Assembly: GCA_963728915.1 (NCBI GenBank)
Contig: CAVSLV010000001.1
Location: forward strand, 448,001 to 512,000
Source of the DNA: an uncultured Gemmatimonadales bacterium
GTDB taxonomy: Bacteria > Gemmatimonadota > Gemmatimonadetes > Gemmatimonadales > GWC2-71-9
Length of the DNA: 64,000 nucleotides
Reading direction: 5' to 3'
The position numbers were made by a program, and so were the translations under genes. Positions 10,898 to 20,148 of this stretch are shown here, one piece after another; position 1 is the stretch's first letter, and every line of letters begins with the position of its first letter. The notes beneath the pieces were generated by a model. The model was given only the letters and a program-made list of their open reading frames with translations. It had not been told where the DNA came from and searched no databases.

Positions 10898-13800
10898 ATG
10901 GGCCGACTCCGAGGCGCTGTGTTAGCAGGGGCGGTCCTGGCCCTGTCTGTTGAAGCATGCGGTGGCGGACCGACCTCTTCTCCAGCTCCACCTCCTCCAC
11001 CGCCAGCCGTTGTCGCCACTATCGCAATTACGCCTGATACAATCAGGCTGGCCGTGGGTCAAACGATGCAGCTGACCGCAACCCTACGCGATCCGGCTGG
11101 CGGAATCATCACAGGAAGACTCGTCACATGGGCGAGTGACCTTCCTACCTCGGTATCGGTTTCCAACTCAGGTCTCGTTACGGGGGTAGCTGTGGGCGGG
11201 CCGGTTCACGTTACCGCTGCATCAGAGGGTAAGGACTCTCGTGCTGTGGCATACGTGACGGATGCGTCGACGGCGTTTGTCGTTGTGAGCCGGGACAGTC
11301 TGGGAAGCGATGCGCTCAACGCTCTTACGCTCGCGGGGGAGCGCCCGCTCAGCACCAACATTCCCACAGCAATTCCCACAGCAATGTTACCACTGCAAAA
11401 GGTTGTCTTCCTTGCGACGACGGGTGAGTTGCGTGGTGTAGCACTGTTTCGTTCCGGGGAGGCAGGAGACGGTTTCCTGATCGAGCCCGGCCTGGAGTCA
11501 ACGCTCCTAACTTGGCTGCTCGGTCCTTCTCTTGCAGGTAACCCGGGCATGGCCGCTAGCAGCGGGCTGCTTGCCGCGGTCCGATCCACCGCTTGTTACA
11601 GCCCTGCCCGACAGCGTTTCGCCGAATCAGTTCGTTCCCGCGGCCTAATGATCACCGCCCGGGACACGTCAGTTGTCGGTCAAATACTCCGGTGCCTTAC
11701 TCCTCCACCTAGTAGCCCGAGTGGGGCAAGGCTCAAGAGAGTCTCAAACATCGACCTATTGCCATACTATGGCGTAAGGGCATGGATAGAAACGGGCTCT
11801 GCTCCTCCACGTGCGTTCTTTGTGAACTACGGATACCGATATGTGGTCATTGCCAAGCACCGGTTGCTTGGTGAAACGGATCTCCTGGCCAACCCCAAAA
11901 CAAGCTTCTTTGCTCCTTACTTACTCGATGGAGTGGAAGGAGCTTCCCCCGGTAGCTTTCTTGGTTTCATTATCGGCAGTCCCTCAACCTATTCCAACCA
12001 ACTTTCTCAATCTGATGAGTTGGAGGGCGTGATCTACTGCACGATCGGGTTCGGACGTCGCGTTGGAGAGGCTTGCCCGTTCACAGTTGATGAGGCAGCC
12101 CTTCGGAAACAAAGTTTTCACGTGTCGCTCATTAACTATCTCCTTCTCCCTGCCATTGACGTCCTTCCGGGACTGGACGAATTGGTAACGAGTGAATTTG
12201 ACGGTCTCGAGCCATCCATCGATTTTGGCAACTGCGGGGAAGATGACATCCCGGCGTGTGTTGACGTCATGTGGGATGTCGGAAAGACCCTTGTAGAAGC
12301 TGCCCTTCAAACACCGGCTGGCCAGGTCTGGCTTGTCCAGCATGGCCTTACTGCTGCCCGCGTGCTCTCGATTTACCTCGCCGAAGCCGTATTCAACGTC
12401 AGCTTCAACCTGACCGGTCTCGTCCTCACCTATGTCGATGCAGAAAAGACTCAGGTTCTGCGATCGCCTCCTTTTCAAAGCGGTAGTATCGTTGTCACGC
12501 CAGCTTCCCCGTCCTTCAATGCGTCCTCCGGTGGCGCCGTGCCTCCCAGTGTCGGCCTGGCGGTTACGAATGGCGGGAGTGGCACCCTCAGCGGGCTTTC
12601 GCTTGGCGCGATCAGCTATGGGCAGGGTGAGACGACGGGATGGCTTGGAACTGCATCCCTGAGCGGAAGCACTGCCCCGACGACGTTGACGCTACGACCT
12701 AGTACCACCAACCTCAGTCCAGGCACGTACCATGCGACCCTCTCCATTAGTGCGACCGGCAATGTGCAGAACAGTCCCCTCGATCTCGCAATTACCTATA
12801 CCATTTCGCAGCCGTCGCCGCTGGGAGAAATTGCGAATGGAGAGACTCGTGCTGGCGCAATCATTGGAGCAGGCCAGACGGATACATACTCTTTCGGGGC
12901 GAACCAGGGGGATGCCATCGTGGTTAGCATCGGGGCGGTCGCCCCGACCGTAGGCTTCAGTCCGTGGATTCGGGTCTACTCCCCTAGTGGGACCCTGCTC
13001 AGGTTTGGCATCGGGGATGCTGCCGCCGAATTGGAAACGACCGCGCCGAGCACTGGCACCTACACGGTGGTGGTCGGCAGCGCCGATATCGGCAATGACG
13101 GCACGGGGGACTACCTACTCACGCTTGTGAAGACGCCCGGGCCCTACACGGTCTCTCCGGGTGACCAAGGGGGACCCCTTACCAATGGGGCTACGCATTC
13201 CGGGCACATCTACGTTGGGGATTCGGATGCCTGGACCTTCCCGGCGAACCAGGGGGATGCCATCGTGGTCAGTATCGGGGCGGTCGCCCCGACCGTAGGC
13301 TTCAGTCCGTGGATTCGGGTCTACTCCCCTAGTGGGATCCTGCTCAGGTTTGGCATCGGGGATGCTGCCGCCGAATTGGAAACGACCGCGCCGAGCACTG
13401 GCACCTACACGGTGGTGGTCGGCAGCGCCGATATCGGCAATGACGGCACGGGGGACTACCTACTCACGCTTGTGAAGACGCCCGGGCCCTACACGGTCTC
13501 TCCGGGTGACCAAGGGGGACCCCTTACCAATGGGGCCACGGATTCCGGGCACATCTACGTTGGGGATTCGGATGCCTGGACCTTCCCGGCGAACCAAGGG
13601 GATGCCATCGTGGTTAGCATCGGGGCGGTCGCCCCGACCGTAGGCTTCAGTCCGTGGATTCGGGTCTACTCCCCTAGTGGGACCCTGCTCAGGTTTGGCA
13701 TCGGGGATGCTGCCGCCGAATTGGAAACGACCGCGCCGAGCACTGGCACCTACACGGTGGTGGTCGGCAGCGCCGATATCGGCAATGACGGCACGGGGGA

Positions 13801-14359
13801 CTACCTACTCACGCTTGTGAAGACGCCCGGGCCCTACACGGTCTCTCCGGGTGACCAAGGGGGACCCCTTACCAATGGGGCTACGCATTCCGGGCACATC
13901 TACGTTGGGGATTCGGATGCCTGGACCTTCCCGGCGAACCAGGGGGATGCCATCGTGGTCAGTATCGGGGCGGTCGCCCCGACCGTAGGCTTCAGTCCGT
14001 GGATTCGGGTCTACTCCCCTAGTGGGATCCTGCTCAGGTTTGGCATCGGGGATGCTGCCGCCGAATTGGAAACGACCGCGCCGAGCACTGGCACCTACAC
14101 GGTGGTGGTCGGCAGCGCCGATGTCGGCAACGACGGCACGGGAAACTACCTCCTTACACTGGCCGTTACTGGCGCTAGCGGAGGCCCCGGGGCGAAATAT
14201 CCCGCGGCAGGCCGTCCCGACGATTTGATGCCCCATCCAGTATCGAGCTGGAGTTCTTACTCCACCTTCGTAACCCGCTGTGCTCTGGGACAACGTCGGC
14301 ACCCTCCAGCCAGTCGAGACTGCCGTAAATCTTCGGAGGCGGTAGCGGGTCGAATGTGA
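10898..14359 (+). CDS. Large surface lipoprotein: Ig-like (Big_2) + unknown region + BACON-like domain + four PPC-like repeats
   Basis: Lipobox VEAC followed by a Pro-rich linker; ITPDTIRLAVGQTMQLTA...VTWAS Big_2 pattern; four 115-aa repeats (FPANQGDAIVVSI...PWIRVYSPSG...APSTGTYTVVV...GTGDYLLTL). Confidence 0.75.
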   Translation: MGRLRGAVLAGAVLALSVEACGGGPTSSPAPPPPPPAVVATIAITPDTIRLAVGQTMQLTATLRDPAGGIITGRLVTWASDLPTSVSVSNSGLVTGVAVGGPVHVTAASEGKDSRAVAYVTDASTAFVVVSRDSLGSDALNALTLAGERPLSTNIPTAIPTAMLPLQKVVFLATTGELRGVALFRSGEAGDGFLIEPGLESTLLTWLLGPSLAGNPGMAASSGLLAAVRSTACYSPARQRFAESVRSRGLMITARDTSVVGQILRCLTPPPSSPSGARLKRVSNIDLLPYYGVRAWIETGSAPPRAFFVNYGYRYVVIAKHRLLGETDLLANPKTSFFAPYLLDGVEGASPGSFLGFIIGSPSTYSNQLSQSDELEGVIYCTIGFGRRVGEACPFTVDEAALRKQSFHVSLINYLLLPAIDVLPGLDELVTSEFDGLEPSIDFGNCGEDDIPACVDVMWDVGKTLVEAALQTPAGQVWLVQHGLTAARVLSIYLAEAVFNVSFNLTGLVLTYVDAEKTQVLRSPPFQSGSIVVTPASPSFNASSGGAVPPSVGLAVTNGGSGTLSGLSLGAISYGQGETTGWLGTASLSGSTAPTTLTLRPSTTNLSPGTYHATLSISATGNVQNSPLDLAITYTISQPSPLGEIANGETRAGAIIGAGQTDTYSFGANQGDAIVVSIGAVAPTVGFSPWIRVYSPSGTLLRFGIGDAAAELETTAPSTGTYTVVVGSADIGNDGTGDYLLTLVKTPGPYTVSPGDQGGPLTNGATHSGHIYVGDSDAWTFPANQGDAIVVSIGAVAPTVGFSPWIRVYSPSGILLRFGIGDAAAELETTAPSTGTYTVVVGSADIGNDGTGDYLLTLVKTPGPYTVSPGDQGGPLTNGATDSGHIYVGDSDAWTFPANQGDAIVVSIGAVAPTVGFSPWIRVYSPSGTLLRFGIGDAAAELETTAPSTGTYTVVVGSADIGNDGTGDYLLTLVKTPGPYTVSPGDQGGPLTNGATHSGHIYVGDSDAWTFPANQGDAIVVSIGAVAPTVGFSPWIRVYSPSGILLRFGIGDAAAELETTAPSTGTYTVVVGSADVGNDGTGNYLLTLAVTGASGGPGAKYPAAGRPDDLMPHPVSSWSSYSTFVTRCALGQRRHPPASRDCRKSSEAVAGRM
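12898..14160 (+). repeat. Intragenic tandem repeat, 345-bp period, about 3.7 near-identical copies
   Basis: gaacca(g/a)ggggatgccatcgtggt starts at 12901, 13246, 13591 and 13936. Confidence 0.97.
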
Positions 14360-14393
14360 CATACTACCAGAACCAGTAGCACTTATCGCGTGC

Positions 14394-14870
14394 ATGTCTC
14401 CATTCACCTCTGGAGGGGGAAAAGTGGTTTTCAGACACCGGAAGGTCCTCCCGATTGCTTTTGTTGCCATCACAGTGCTTGTCCCCAGCGTCCTTATGGC
14501 CCAGAAGATCGACAAGAAATCCGGTCGCCCCTATTGGAACGTTTTTCCGCGAGGCGGCGATTCGCAGCTTCCGAGCGATATTCCGATGACGCTCATGATG
14601 ACGGACTCAACGCTCGAACTGCGTTGGAAAAGCAGCCGGGACGAGCCGGCGGATTATGTGATCCCCATTCGGATGATCGTCGAAACCTCTGGACGAAGCA
14701 ATCGAGTCGGTGGTAGTCTGACGAACTGGGCAAGCGGGGAAGAGAGTATCACCATCGTCTATGAGCATGAGAAGGATGCTGAAGCTCCGCTCTTCAAGAC
14801 GGATGTCGGCGATAGCGCACAAATTGCTGCTCGGATTCGCTTTAGAATGCGCAAACTCGGGATTACCTAG
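14394..14870 (+). CDS. Hypothetical secreted protein
   Basis: 158-aa ORF with signal-like VLPIAFVAITVLVPSVLMAQ. Confidence 0.55.
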   Translation: MSPFTSGGGKVVFRHRKVLPIAFVAITVLVPSVLMAQKIDKKSGRPYWNVFPRGGDSQLPSDIPMTLMMTDSTLELRWKSSRDEPADYVIPIRMIVETSGRSNRVGGSLTNWASGEESITIVYEHEKDAEAPLFKTDVGDSAQIAARIRFRMRKLGIT

Positions 14871-14880
14871 GCGAAGAATG

Positions 14881-15275
14881 GTCTGCCCCCGCTCGATCGG
14901 ACTCAAGGCTCACCCAAGGCGGTAGCCCGCGATGAGTCGTATGGGAACGCGTCGCCGCCTATTACCGGACCGCAACCGTGAGAGGCCGGATTTTGGGGCA
15001 TGCTGGCCATGCCAGGGCTCAGCTCGTTCCATGGGCACATCGACCGGGTCAATCGCGACAACTCGTACGACGCGAGACGGGAGTACGACAAGGACCTTGC
15101 TGCCGCCCGGGAACGGGTCGCGAGGTTTGTCGGGGCCAAGCCCACCGAGATCGCCTTCACCGGCGGAGCCACGGAGGCCCTTCAGCCGCCCCATGATCCA
15201 GTACAAGCCGGTGGGGCGCGGGTGACGCGGTGATCTCGACTACAGCTTCATGCAGCTCGCCATGAACGCCCTCGC
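14881..15275 (+). pseudogene. Decayed fragment homologous to the class-V aminotransferase at 61274-62584
   Basis: HGHIDRVNRDNSYDARREYDKDLAAARERVARFVGAKPTE...GATEALQ and MQLAMNAL match the intact gene; several indels. Confidence 0.9.
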
Positions 15276-15523
15276 TTTCGCTGGAGCGCAACAAGTCGGT
15301 CACCATACCGCACCGCGTGCTGGACAATCCGCTCGGCATGATGGTCGCCAGCTTCCTCCGGCCCGGGCGTCCCTCGCCGATGTCACCCTGTCGCTCTCGC
15401 CCTACGAGATCGGCCGGGAGCGCCTCGTGTTCGCGATCCGCGACTACGACTTGGGGACCGGGTGCTGACGTCGGCCAGACCTGAGATCTGGGCCCCCGCT
15501 TGCCCCGCCAATCTCTGTGGCCT

Positions 15524-15546
15524 ATATATGTGGTAGTCACATATAT
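15524..15546. promoter_or_regulatory. Inverted repeat, candidate PadR operator
   Basis: ATATATGTG-gtagt-CACATATAT, 13 bp before the PadR ATG. Confidence 0.6.
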
Positions 15547-15559
15547 GGGAGCCAACAGG

Positions 15560-15892
15560 ATGAGCGACCGCGAGTGGAAAAAGGGCAGCGCCGAGCTCCT
15601 CATCCTGTCCCTGCTCCGGCACGAGGCCCGCCACGGCTACGAGCTCAACAAGCTGATCGAGGCCCGCTCCAAGGGCGTCCTCCGCTTCCACGTCGCCTCG
15701 CTCTACCCGCTGCTCTACCGGCTGGAACAACGCGGCCTCATCGCCGGGACCTGGGTCGAGAAGCCCGGCCAGCGCCGCCGCCGGTTCTACCGGCTCACCA
15801 TGAAGGGCCGCAAAGTGTTGGAACAGCAGAAGAAGAGCTGGAGTGCCGTCACCCAGGCTATCGGGCGGATCGTCGCAGGGCAGCATGCCTGA
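15560..15892 (+). CDS. PadR family transcriptional regulator
   Basis: [13 protein letters not shown]...HGYEL...[19 protein letters not shown]...RRRFYRLT. Confidence 0.93.
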   Translation: MSDREWKKGSAELLILSLLRHEARHGYELNKLIEARSKGVLRFHVASLYPLLYRLEQRGLIAGTWVEKPGQRRRRFYRLTMKGRKVLEQQKKSWSAVTQAIGRIVAGQHA

Positions 15893-16650
15893 CTGGCGCA
15901 AGGAGCTCGAGGTCCGCCTCGCCGGGCTCGACCTGTCCCCGCTCCAGCACGCGGAGATCCTCGAAGAGCTGTCGCAGCATCTGGAGGACCGCTATCAGGA
16001 TCTCCTGAGCCGCGGCGTCCAGGCCGCCCTTGCCCGGGGAACCGCCCTCGAAGAGCTCCAGGAAAGTCCGACCCTTCAGGGCGCCCTCGCCCAGATGGAA
16101 CCCCGCGCCCCCAAACCCGCGGTGCCGGTCGGCGGCCAGGGCGGGGAAGGGTGGCTCGGCCGCCTGGCCCAGGATCTTCGCTTCGGCCTCCGCCTCCTCC
16201 GCACCCGGCCCGGGTTCACCCTGGTCGCGGCGCTCACCCTCGCCCTCGGCATCGGCGCCAACACCGCGATCTTCAGCACGGTCCACGCGGTCCTGCTCCG
16301 CCCGCTGCCGTATCCCGAATCGGACCGGCTGGTGACCTTCTGGGGCACCGCCCCGGAAAAGCGCCTCCCGGTGGTGACCTACCCCGATGCCATGTTCCTC
16401 TACTTCCAGGACCACGCTCGGAGCTTTGAGTCGGTGGCCGCCTGGACCGCCGGAAGCGTGGCGCTCTCCGGCGACGGCGAGCCGGAACGGGTCCGGACCA
16501 CCTGGGTCTCGCGCGATTTCTTCAAGGTGATGTGGCAAACCTCGCGATCCTGAGCCACGATCTCTGGCAGCGCCGCTTCCGCGGGCGGCGAGACCTGGTC
16601 GGCGCCTCGATCCTGGTCGGCGAGCAGCCCGTCATTGTGGTCGGTACCCC
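15885..16650 (+). pseudogene. Truncated ADOP/MacB-type ABC permease
   Basis: [10 protein letters not shown]...[23 protein letters not shown]...[14 protein letters not shown]; stops at 16553; an out-of-frame remnant [12 protein letters not shown]...LVG follows; the rest of the gene is missing. Confidence 0.85.
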
Positions 16651-16774
16651 GGTCGAGGCGGACTCGGTCACCTCGATCACGTCGTTTCGCTGGCACGTCA
16701 AGATCGCGTTTTCTTGTTTGGTTTCGCGGTACAACGGTCCAACCTTCTGACCGGGCGAAGTGGATTGTGGCCGG

Positions 16775-16969
16775 ATGCCTCCACGGATCCGGGATATCAT
16801 TCGCAGGCTCGAAGAGGATGGCTGGTATCTTGACCGGACCAGGGGCAGCCACCGACAATTCAGGCACCCGGCAAAGGCCGGGGTTGTCACGGTGGCAGGG
16901 AAGGAAGGCGACGAGGTAAGGGTAGGAACCTTCAAGAGCATCCTGAAGCAAGCGAGGCTTGAGCCATGA
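16775..16969 (+). CDS. hicA: HicA family toxin
   Basis: RRLEEDGWYLDRTRGSHRQFRHP...VVTVAG...GTFKSILKQA. Confidence 0.92.
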   Translation: MPPRIRDIIRRLEEDGWYLDRTRGSHRQFRHPAKAGVVTVAGKEGDEVRVGTFKSILKQARLEP

Positions 16970-17178
16970 AAGTCCTGATCATCGTCGAGGAGACCGGTAC
17001 CGGTTTTTCTGCCTATGCCCCGGATTTTCCCGGATGCATCGCCACAGGGGCGACCCGGGAGGACGTCGAGCAGGAGATGCGGGCGGCGATGGAGCTACAC
17101 CTCGAGGGCCTCCGGGCTTTGGGCACGATCTTCCCCGAAATCAGCTCCTACGCCACGATCGTTGAGGTTGCCGCGTAG
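16966..17178 (+). CDS. hicB: HicB family antitoxin, short form
   Basis: IIVEETGTGFSAYAPDFPGCIATGATREDV...AMELHLEGL; ATGA overlap with hicA. Confidence 0.92.
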   Translation: MKVLIIVEETGTGFSAYAPDFPGCIATGATREDVEQEMRAAMELHLEGLRALGTIFPEISSYATIVEVAA

Positions 17179-17203
17179 CGAAAGGCCGACCGTTCCGAGC
17201 TCC

Positions 17204-17269
17204 TTCCCTTCCATCGGCGAGGAGGAAAAGCGCGAGGTCCTCGATACGCTCTCCTCCGGCTCGCTCACC
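17204..17269 (+). pseudogene. Possible N-terminal remnant of a DegT/DnrJ aminotransferase
   Basis: PSIGEEEKREVLDTLSSGSLT resembles the DegT-family start (P.IGEEE..EV.D.L.SGWLT); very short. Confidence 0.45.
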
Positions 17270-17398
17270 CACCGGGAACAAGACCAAGCGGTTCGCCACC
17301 GAGGCCATCCAGCGACTGTTCCTCCACTACAAGTCAGCGGTGGTTGGCATCCCGGGCCGGCGCTTGACATGCAGAATGACTATTTGCATGTTATGCAC

Positions 17399-17629
17399 AT
17401 GTCCAAGATGATTCAGATTCGCCACGTCCCCGACCCGCTGCACCGCACTCTGAAGGCGCGGGCGGCGCTCGCCGGCATGGCTCTCTCCGACTACCTCCGG
17501 GCCGAGCTGGAGCAGGTGGCCGCTCGACCCACCGTCGCCGAGCTCCGGGAACGGCTGAAGCGGCTCGAACCGGTCGCGGTTCGGGAGCGGCCTGCCCGGG
17601 CCGTGCGCGCCGAGCGGGACCGCGGTTGA
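17399..17629 (+). CDS. FitA-like ribbon-helix-helix antitoxin
   Basis: MSKMIQIRHVPDPLHRTLKARAALAGMALSDYLR; TTGACA at 17364. Confidence 0.85.
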   Translation: MSKMIQIRHVPDPLHRTLKARAALAGMALSDYLRAELEQVAARPTVAELRERLKRLEPVAVRERPARAVRAERDRG

Positions 17630-18018
17630 TCGTTCCGGACGCTTCGGCGATTCTCGAGGTCCTGCTCCAGACTCCTGCCGCGGAGCCGGTGGAAGCCCGG
17701 CTGTTCGACCAGTCGGAGAGCTTGCATGCTCCTTACCTGCTCGATATCGAGGTCGCCCAGGTTCTGCGTCGCTATGTGGCCCGGCGTGAGCTGATGGCTC
17801 GCCGGGGCGAGGAGGCGCTGGAAGTTCTCGCGGCGTTCCCGTTGGCCCGCTATCCCCACGAGCCCCTCCTCCCCAGAGTCTGGGCCCTGCGGACCAACCT
17901 CTCGGCCTACGATGCCGCCTATGTGGCGCTGGCGGAGGCGCTAGGGGCGACCCTGCTGACCCGGGACCGCCGCCTGGCGGCCGCGCCGGGGCACTCCGCC
18001 CGGGTGGAAGTGATCTGA
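17626..18018 (+). CDS. vapC: PIN-domain VapC toxin
   Basis: IVPDASAILE...LLDIEVAQVLRR...NLSAYDAAYVALAEAL...LLTRDRRLA. Confidence 0.92.
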   Translation: MIVPDASAILEVLLQTPAAEPVEARLFDQSESLHAPYLLDIEVAQVLRRYVARRELMARRGEEALEVLAAFPLARYPHEPLLPRVWALRTNLSAYDAAYVALAEALGATLLTRDRRLAAAPGHSARVEVI

Positions 18019-18064
18019 GAGAAAATGAAGGGCGCCGCGTGTTCTTCTGATCCGTTAGGTCTGG

Positions 18065-18271
18065 TCAGCCCGAAGAGTATGGAAGGTTCGTGGTATCCAC
18101 TCGGGAAAGATCGAGAAGCTGACTTGCCTTCTCGATATCGATCCCAACCACTGCTCCGCGCTCATCCAGGTCGAGCACGATCCCGGGGCGGACCTCCTCG
18201 GCATCAGCGCCGGGGCGCTCAGCGAGTTCGATGTAAAGTGAGTCGGTTTCCGGGAAGTAGTTGAGCTTCAT
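18065..18271 (-). CDS. DUF2283-like protein, putative antitoxin
   Basis: MKLNYFPETDSLYIEL...EVRPGIVLDLDERGAVVGIDIEKAS. Confidence 0.85.
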   Translation of the reverse strand: MKLNYFPETDSLYIELAERPGADAEEVRPGIVLDLDERGAVVGIDIEKASQLLDLSRVDTTNLPYSSG

Positions 18272-18507
18272 GGCTCTGGTACCTCAAATCCTCGATCCGG
18301 GAACGCATTGTGAACCGTCTCGCCATCCGGAAGCGTGACGACCCGGAGGTAGCGTTTCAGCTCCCCAATATACCCCCAGCGTCGGATCCGTCCGTCGCCC
18401 TGGCCCTCCCGGTGCTCGGGCGCTCGGAGTACCTGCTCGATCCAGTCGAGCTTGAGGTAGGGGCGCCGGCCGAGGACAACAAATTGGAAGTACCGGGTGG
18501 TCTTCAC
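18268..18507 (-). CDS. Small DUF4258/RelE-like putative toxin coupled to the DUF2283 gene
   Basis: WIEQVLRAPE...GDGRIRRWGYI...RYLRVVTLPDGETVHNAFPDR; 4-bp overlap with the DUF2283 gene. Confidence 0.65.
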   Translation of the reverse strand: MKTTRYFQFVVLGRRPYLKLDWIEQVLRAPEHREGQGDGRIRRWGYIGELKRYLRVVTLPDGETVHNAFPDRGFEVPEP

Positions 18508-18620
18508 CTAATGATGTTCGGCACTTCAGTACAAGTGACCCAACCGTTCTGACCCGCGGCCAGGCCAAAAAGCGCTCGGCGGATTCCGAGTTGCGTTTCC
18601 CCGTTCCGGAATTCGAGATT

Positions 18621-18946
18621 ATGGCCATGCCTGTCACCCTGCGCCGGTTCACGGTCGACGAAGTCGAGTCCTGGCCCGACGACGGCAACCCGCTACGAGC
18701 TGGTGGATGGGGTCCTGCTGGAGTCCTTCCTCCATCGTCTATGACCGCGACATCAAGCGGGACGCGCTCCTTCAGGTCGGGGTCCGGGAAGTCTGGCTGG
18801 TGGATCTCGAGGGCCGGACCATCTTCGCCACTCGGCGGGGAGGACCAGTCGACGTCCTCTATCGGACCGTCATTCCCTGGGAAGCCGTCCCCGGCGCCGG
18901 CCCTCGCACCATCGACCTCACGCCGATATTCGCCGGTCTCGACTAG
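18621..18946 (+). pseudogene. Uma2/DUF820 family endonuclease, frameshifted and internally deleted
   Basis: RRFTVDEVESWPDDGN / RYELVDGVLL / SPSSIVYDRDIKRDA...GVREVWLVD lie in different frames; the central region is missing. Confidence 0.8.
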
Positions 18947-19045
18947 GTCGAGGCTTGCGGGACGGGCCGCGGGGCCCCGCATTGACGTCTCGAGAAGCGC
19001 CTCGTACCTTCGCGATCCCCAGTGACTGAGCGATCGGAGAGCATC

Positions 19046-19714
19046 ATGGCGACCAGAATACTCTGCCTGTTCTGCCTTGCGGCTTCCCTGCATTCAACGG
19101 AAGCCCTGGCTCAGGAGCGGTTTCGCATCTCTATCAAGAACGAGTACATCGTCACGCTCAACTTCGGCCCGCTCGGCAAAGGCTCTCGTGACGGCACCGA
19201 CACGGTCGGAGGAGTCCTCGAGCGCCAGGGGAACAAATACGCTGGAATAGTCACGGCCTCCGTCAACTCAACCCAGACCCTGTCCGGATTGGGGGGGATC
19301 GGGAGTTGCGGGCCAGGCACATACCAGAACTCGCAACAATTGCAGGTCATCGGGCACGAAGCGAGTGGCTTCAACCCGACTGTCCAGACGGTCGATCTGA
19401 CCGCGGCGGCGGGTCGCAAATATCTCATCCTCGAGTTCATCCCCCCGCCCGGGGTGGCGCTTCAACCACCGAATCCCAATCCAGGTCAGGATCAGGTTAT
19501 TGACTGCCACACCATCATTGAGACGGAAGCGGGCAGGTTTCTCCCGCTGAATGACTCGCGCTGGACGATGGCAGGGGGTGGCTACATCATCGCGCTCCCG
19601 TCATCGGGAACGATCACGTACACCGACAACACCGTCGCGGCCGGTGGCGCCAAACTTGGGCCATTCACCGCCAAGAAATCGATCTGGACGATCCGGGTCG
19701 AGCGGCTGCCCTAG
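19046..19714 (+). CDS. Hypothetical secreted protein
   Basis: GGAG RBS; signal peptide ending ALA-Q. Confidence 0.6.
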   Translation: MATRILCLFCLAASLHSTEALAQERFRISIKNEYIVTLNFGPLGKGSRDGTDTVGGVLERQGNKYAGIVTASVNSTQTLSGLGGIGSCGPGTYQNSQQLQVIGHEASGFNPTVQTVDLTAAAGRKYLILEFIPPPGVALQPPNPNPGQDQVIDCHTIIETEAGRFLPLNDSRWTMAGGGYIIALPSSGTITYTDNTVAAGGAKLGPFTAKKSIWTIRVERLP

Positions 19715-19718
19715 CCGG

Positions 19719-20105
19719 TCACTCCCGGGCCCTCAACTTCTCCCACTCCCGCCGGTCACGTTTGGTGGGCCGGCCGCTCTGTTCCGGAGAGCGCATCCGG
19801 GCCGCCAGCCGGTGCTGCTCCCTGATCCGCTCGCGCGCCTCGCGACTCGCCGGCTCCTCGTCATAGAGCTGGCCGGCGGTCTCCGCGCTGCCTCGCCGCA
19901 GAGCGAGGGCTTTCACCACGAGCAGAAACTGGTAGGGTCCGATGCGGACCCGGATCCGATCGCCGGGGTGGATCGGCCTGGCAGGCTTCGCCCTGGCCTC
20001 GTTGACCTCCACGCGGCCCCCGGCGATTGCCTTCGCGGCAAGGGCTCGGGTCTTGAAGAGGCGGGCCGCCCACAGCCAGCGATCGAGCCGCGCGGATTCG
20101 AGCAT
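19719..20105 (-). CDS. hslR: Ribosome-associated heat shock protein Hsp15 (S4 domain)
   Basis: RLDRWLWAARLFKTRALA...GGRVEVN...AKPA...GRPTKRDRR. Confidence 0.93.
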   Translation of the reverse strand: MLESARLDRWLWAARLFKTRALAAKAIAGGRVEVNEARAKPARPIHPGDRIRVRIGPYQFLLVVKALALRRGSAETAGQLYDEEPASREARERIREQHRLAARMRSPEQSGRPTKRDRREWEKLRARE

Positions 20106-20148
20106 GGACTGCCTGGGAGCGAGGTATAGCAGGTTATTCTAACGGGTC

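Noticed and set aside
12898..14160. Possible CRISPR array or mobile repeat
   Set aside because: Units are 345 bp, in frame, contiguous and have no unique spacers; they are protein domain repeats
15280..15468. Coding-like scrap ending ...RERLVFAIRDYDLGTGC
   Set aside because: Possibly another gene remnant, but I cannot assign a family or a start
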